Part shown: in pieces, positions 15,554 to 18,769 of the stretch
Layout of the letters: each line of letters opens with the position of its first letter
How positions within the stretch are numbered: position 1 is the first letter of the stretch
Assembly: GCA_051382335.1 (NCBI GenBank)
Contig: JBBCAX010000420.1
Span: forward strand, 1-18,769
DNA: 18,769 nt
Direction: 5' to 3'
Source: Deltaproteobacteria bacterium TL4
GTDB taxonomy: Bacteria > SAR324 > NAC60-12
The notes under the pieces: model-generated
Told to the model about the DNA's origin: nothing
Database searches by the model: none
Seen by the model: the letters and a program-made list of their open reading frames with translations, nothing else
Program-made: the position numbers and the translations under genes

Positions 15554-17281
15554 ATGAATACAATTCTAATTATTGACGACGACTTTCTTATTAGAGACTC
15601 CCTCTCTGAATTTTTAAGTATGGAGGGGTATGACGTTCATGTCGCTGAGAATGCGGAGAAGGGACTTCAAAAGATAAAAGAAGGGTCTCCTCAGCTCATT
15701 ATTTTGGATTTAAAAATGCCCGGAATGAGTGGGCTTGATCTACTTCATCAATTAAAACCTCAAACCGATAGCTTTTTTTCGGTTCTTGTCCTTACAGGCG
15801 ATGGCGATCATAAAGACGCTGAAGAATGTTACCGTTTAGGGGTTCAAACTTTTTTAAGAAAACCTGTGGACCTCTATGAACTCAGTGGTTTGGTGAAACA
15901 TTCCATGGAGCGACTCGATTATTCCCTAAAGCTTAAAGAAGAAATCTTTGCAAAAGAAAAAGCTTTTCGTCAGCTTGAACTCCAGCATCATGTGTTGAAA
16001 CATACCTTTGAAAGTATGGGGGAAGGGGTCATCACTCTTGATGAGAATTATCACATAAAAATGATCTCCGCCAAAACATGCCGGATGCTGGAACTTGAAG
16101 AAGAAAAAGCCTTGGCAAGACCCGCCGTCAGTATCTTAGGAGCAAAAATCGCGGGTCCTGGAGGAGTTATTGCGGATAGTACTCAAAAGCAATTGGAAAT
16201 GTCCGATGTGCACACTCAAATTTTTTGTTCCAATGGCGCAATCATTCCGGTCTCCTTGTCGGTGATTCCCCTGCGGGACGCCGCGAGCGGATGGTTGCTG
16301 CTTTTTCGGGACTTAAGGGCGGAAGAACGGAAATTTCTAGAAAAAGCGGGGAGTGTCACTTTTGGACGAATGATCAGTTCTGATCCCAAAATGTGGGCTG
16401 TTTTTGATTTAATTGATAAGGTGGCGGTCAGTAATTCTGTTGTTTTTGTCGCAGGCGAAAGTGGAACCGGAAAAGAATTGGTTGCCAGAGAAATTCATGA
16501 CCGCAGTAATCGTGCACAGTTTCCTTTCATTGCGGTCAATTGTGCCGCGATTTCTCCCAATTTGCTGGAAAGTGAATTTTTTGGGCATGAGAAAGGTGCC
16601 TTTACAGGGGCAATCCAAAGCAAAAAAGGACGTTTTGAACTCGCAGATCACGGGACGCTATTCCTGGATGAAGTTGGCGAAATTCCGCTGGAACTTCAAA
16701 GTAAGTTTCTAAGAGTTTTACAGGAACAAACCTTTGAAAGAGTGGGAGGCACAAAAACCCTTCAAGTCAATGTGCGTATCGTCGCGGCAACTAACAAAAA
16801 TTTAAAACAGATGGTTGAAGCCAAGCTGTTTCGGGAAGATTTATATTACCGGATCCATGTCATCCCCATTTCCCTGCCGCCTTTAAGAGAACGTTTGCAG
16901 GACATTCCTTTTTTAGTACAAAGTTTTTTGGAAAGCTTCAACAAAAGAGAAAACCGGCAGGTTCAACGTTTGACATCCGAAGCGCTGGAACAACTAAAAA
17001 GCTACTCCTGGCCTGGAAACATCAGAGAATTGTATCACGCTATTGAACACGCCTTTGCGGTAAGTGACGGCAATACACTCCAAACACAACATTTACCTGG
17101 ATCGCTTTTTGAAGATCTTATGACAGCGCAACAGAACGTGATGTCCTCCGCACAAAATGAAAAAGACAGTATTCTTCAAGCGTTACGGCAAACAGGGTTT
17201 CACAAAGTTCAAGCGGCAGGATTGCTTGGAATGCATCCTGCGACCCTTTATCGAAAGTTGAAGCTGTATGATATCAGTTGA
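15554..17281 (+). CDS. Sigma-54-dependent transcriptional activator, REC-PAS-AAA+-HTH(Fis) (NtrC/AtoC family)
   Basis: Receiver domain (IIDDD, ILDLKMPG, VLTG, KP); PAS-like segment (FESMGEGVITLD...IPVSLSVIPL...LLLFRD); GESGTGKE, ESEFFGHEKGAFTGA, LFLDEV, FREDLYYR, WPGNIREL; C-terminal AAGLLGMHPATLYRKL. Confidence 0.95.
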   Translation: MNTILIIDDDFLIRDSLSEFLSMEGYDVHVAENAEKGLQKIKEGSPQLIILDLKMPGMSGLDLLHQLKPQTDSFFSVLVLTGDGDHKDAEECYRLGVQTFLRKPVDLYELSGLVKHSMERLDYSLKLKEEIFAKEKAFRQLELQHHVLKHTFESMGEGVITLDENYHIKMISAKTCRMLELEEEKALARPAVSILGAKIAGPGGVIADSTQKQLEMSDVHTQIFCSNGAIIPVSLSVIPLRDAASGWLLLFRDLRAEERKFLEKAGSVTFGRMISSDPKMWAVFDLIDKVAVSNSVVFVAGESGTGKELVAREIHDRSNRAQFPFIAVNCAAISPNLLESEFFGHEKGAFTGAIQSKKGRFELADHGTLFLDEVGEIPLELQSKFLRVLQEQTFERVGGTKTLQVNVRIVAATNKNLKQMVEAKLFREDLYYRIHVIPISLPPLRERLQDIPFLVQSFLESFNKRENRQVQRLTSEALEQLKSYSWPGNIRELYHAIEHAFAVSDGNTLQTQHLPGSLFEDLMTAQQNVMSSAQNEKDSILQALRQTGFHKVQAAGLLGMHPATLYRKLKLYDIS

Positions 17282-18266
17282 CCGCGATCACAATTTTTCC
17301 GATTTGCTGATTGGATTCCATATAATCAAAGGCTTCTCGATACCGCAAAAAATCAAAGGTTTTGGCAATGACGGGTTTCAAATGTCCTTGGTTTATCCCT
17401 TCAGTAATTCCATTCAAGACACTCGCTTTCACCTCAGGTTCCCGCAATACACTATGAAAGGTATAGCCTTTAATCGTTAATAATTTTTTCATTAAAACGC
17501 CCGCATGAATGTCCATGGGGTGTTGGTCTAAAAGGCCGTAGATGTAAATAATTCCGTAACGGGCGGAAGCTCCGATGTGATTTCTGATAGCAGGACCCGC
17601 GACAGGATCGAAGGTCACACGGGCACCAAGATTATGAGTAAGCTTCTTTACTTGAGCAACATAATCTTCACTTCTGGCGTCAAGCACATGGTCCGCGCCT
17701 AATTGCCGTAAAGTTTCCGCTTTGTGCGGATTCGTGGTGGTTGCGATAGAAATCGCCTTCCGCATTTTGACGATTTGGATTGCGGCAATCCCCACCGAAC
17801 TTGAGGCCGCAGAGATCACCACCGGATCTCCTTTTTTGATGTTGGCGTCAGTCACCAGGGCTCCCCAGGCGGTAATGTACTGCATCCATATTGAACCCGC
17901 AATCTCATCAGGAATGGATTCAGGTGTCGCAACAATCGAGTCTTCCGGATAAATCGCATATTCCGCAAGTGCCCCTTGTTTGCTGATATCAAACATATTC
18001 GGTATGACGCCAACTCGATCATCCGGAGTATAAGAGGTGACTTCAGAACCCACCGCGTCCACAATACCTGCGCCTTCCATCCCAATTCGACTCGGATACG
18101 AGGGTTTGTTAAAATATCGCCCTTCCAGGAAAACACAATCCGCCCGATTTAAACCAACGGAGGTGATCCTCAACCGAACGTCCTTGGGACCCGGTTCAGG
18201 GATAGGCTGATCAACCATTTGTAAATTAGCTGAGCTCCCAGGCTCATGAAATATCACCGCTTTCAT
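17274..18266 (-). CDS. MDR-superfamily NADPH:quinone oxidoreductase (zeta-crystallin/QOR-like, Zn-independent)
   Basis: Motifs GLNRAD, G.EGAG.VDAVG, Y.TAWGAL, nucleotide loop AASSSVG and ESNQQIGKIV. No Zn-ligand cysteines. RBS AAGGAG. Confidence 0.9.
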   Translation of the reverse strand: MKAVIFHEPGSSANLQMVDQPIPEPGPKDVRLRITSVGLNRADCVFLEGRYFNKPSYPSRIGMEGAGIVDAVGSEVTSYTPDDRVGVIPNMFDISKQGALAEYAIYPEDSIVATPESIPDEIAGSIWMQYITAWGALVTDANIKKGDPVVISAASSSVGIAAIQIVKMRKAISIATTTNPHKAETLRQLGADHVLDARSEDYVAQVKKLTHNLGARVTFDPVAGPAIRNHIGASARYGIIYIYGLLDQHPMDIHAGVLMKKLLTIKGYTFHSVLREPEVKASVLNGITEGINQGHLKPVIAKTFDFLRYREAFDYMESNQQIGKIVIAVN

Positions 18267-18298
18267 TGACTCTCCTTGAAATGTCCGTGAATTGTAAA

Positions 18299-18323
18299 TA
18301 AGGCCTGAACGAAAAGTATCTAA
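18299..18323 (+). repeat. Solo copy of the MITE C left end
   Basis: TAAGGCCTGAACGAAAAGTATCTAA matches TAGTGTTTGAACGAAAAGTGTCTAA (15296-15320) at 20/25 positions. No matching right end is visible in the window. Confidence 0.55.
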
Positions 18324-18420
18324 CTCATGGTAACATCAGTTAATAACTTACTCCTGATTGAATGGCAATTTCAACTAATTTTTAGACAGGGGGGCCAAAC
18401 TTACGACCAAGCCCCACGGC

Positions 18421-18581
18421 GGAGTTGGTCATATTTTCGGCCCCAATTTGTAGGGGCGAACCTGTGTGTTCGCCCTGATCCTGGGCAGACACACAGGTCT
18501 GCCCCTACGGGATAAAACACAAATCAGGTGGAACATCAAAGATCAAATTTTTGACACATGGCCGAAAATGTGATCAACCCC
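18421..18581. mobile_element. MITE-like element D, 161 bp, enclosing a GTAG-type REP doublet
   Basis: GGAGTTGGTCATATTTTCGGCC (18421-18442) versus GGCCGAAAATGTGATCAACCCC (18560-18581), 19/22 inverted match. A third degenerate right-end copy sits at 18393-18415. No TSD is evident. Confidence 0.65.
18450..18508. repeat. GTAG-family REP doublet (REPIN; RAYT/TnpA-REP-associated type)
   Basis: GTAGGGGCGAACCTGTGTGTTCGCCC (18450-18475) and inverted GGGCAGACACACAGGTCTGCCCCTAC (18483-18508). Each has a GTAG foot followed by a hairpin, with compensatory stem changes between the arms. Confidence 0.92.
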
Positions 18582-18769
18582 AACAAAAAAATGATTATCG
18601 TTATAAAAACAGTTCACTAGAGTGTGTTTCATACAAAGCCGGGACACAGGGTAGAATCAGGGCTGTTCATTTCTAAAAAAACTTGCTATACATGGCGTTT
18701 TTAAGGCATTTTAACGTTCCATCTAAAGGGATTTTCTATGTTAGCAAGCTTTCTATTTCAGGTAAAAGA

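Noticed and set aside
602..18136. Many overlapping or antisense ORFs (e.g. 8188-8709, 7905-8408, 11803-12429, 10503-10940)
   Set aside because: They are shadows of well-supported genes with no recognisable motifs.
457..18266. A 'metal-sparing' theme (Ni-free EhrL, Zn-free HemB, Zn-free QOR)
   Set aside because: Each is a normal property of its subfamily and the genes lie in separate transcription units, so co-location is probably coincidental.
18327..18515. 62-aa ORF ending VGANLCVRPDPGQTHRSAPTG
   Set aside because: This is a translation of the MITE end and REP doublet, a typical spurious ORF.
18617..18640. CTAGAGTGTGTTTCATAC as the left TIR of a further IS/MITE
   Set aside because: It resembles an IS end, but no partner repeat or transposase is present in the window.
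18693..18708. Possible sigma-54 promoter TGGCGTTTTTAAGGCA (GG-N10-GC)
   Set aside because: The spacing is right but it matches TGGCACG-N4-TTGC poorly, and the downstream gene is outside the window.
1..18769. CRISPR array, tRNA, rRNA or riboswitch (e.g. FMN near ribF)
   Set aside because: There are no regularly spaced direct repeats or recognisable RNA-gene motifs. All the repeats are inverted pairs, and ribF has no leader space.

Overview
Bacterial genomic window, possibly Deltaproteobacteria/SAR324-like (weak inference from protein style). It has five parts. (1) Bases 1-325: a TIR-bounded miniature element with a REP-like palindrome, joined directly to the C-terminal remnant of a bestrophin/YneE-family gene. 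(2) Bases 457-9837 (+): a seven-gene energy-converting hydrogenase-related (Ehr) operon, ehrL-ehrS-hyfC-hyfE-hyfF-hyfB-hyfB'. The large subunit lacks all [NiFe]-binding CxxC motifs, the gene order is permuted, and the NuoL/MrpA-type subunit is tandemly duplicated. (3) Bases 9944-14930 (-): a tightly coupled operon, hemB-pyrC-ribF-(SplB-like radical SAM)-(LON N-domain protein). (4) An orphan REC-PAS-sigma54 activator converging on a zeta-crystallin-type quinone oxidoreductase. (5) Intergenic regions with at least four different 150-220 bp inverted-repeat-bounded elements, each enclosing a different REP-like hairpin. The best candidates for novelty are the Ni-free Ehr complex with three antiporter modules, the recurring 'MITE shell + REP cargo' architecture, and the SplB-like enzyme with altered radical-relay residues. 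All family calls come from motif recognition; no searches were run.
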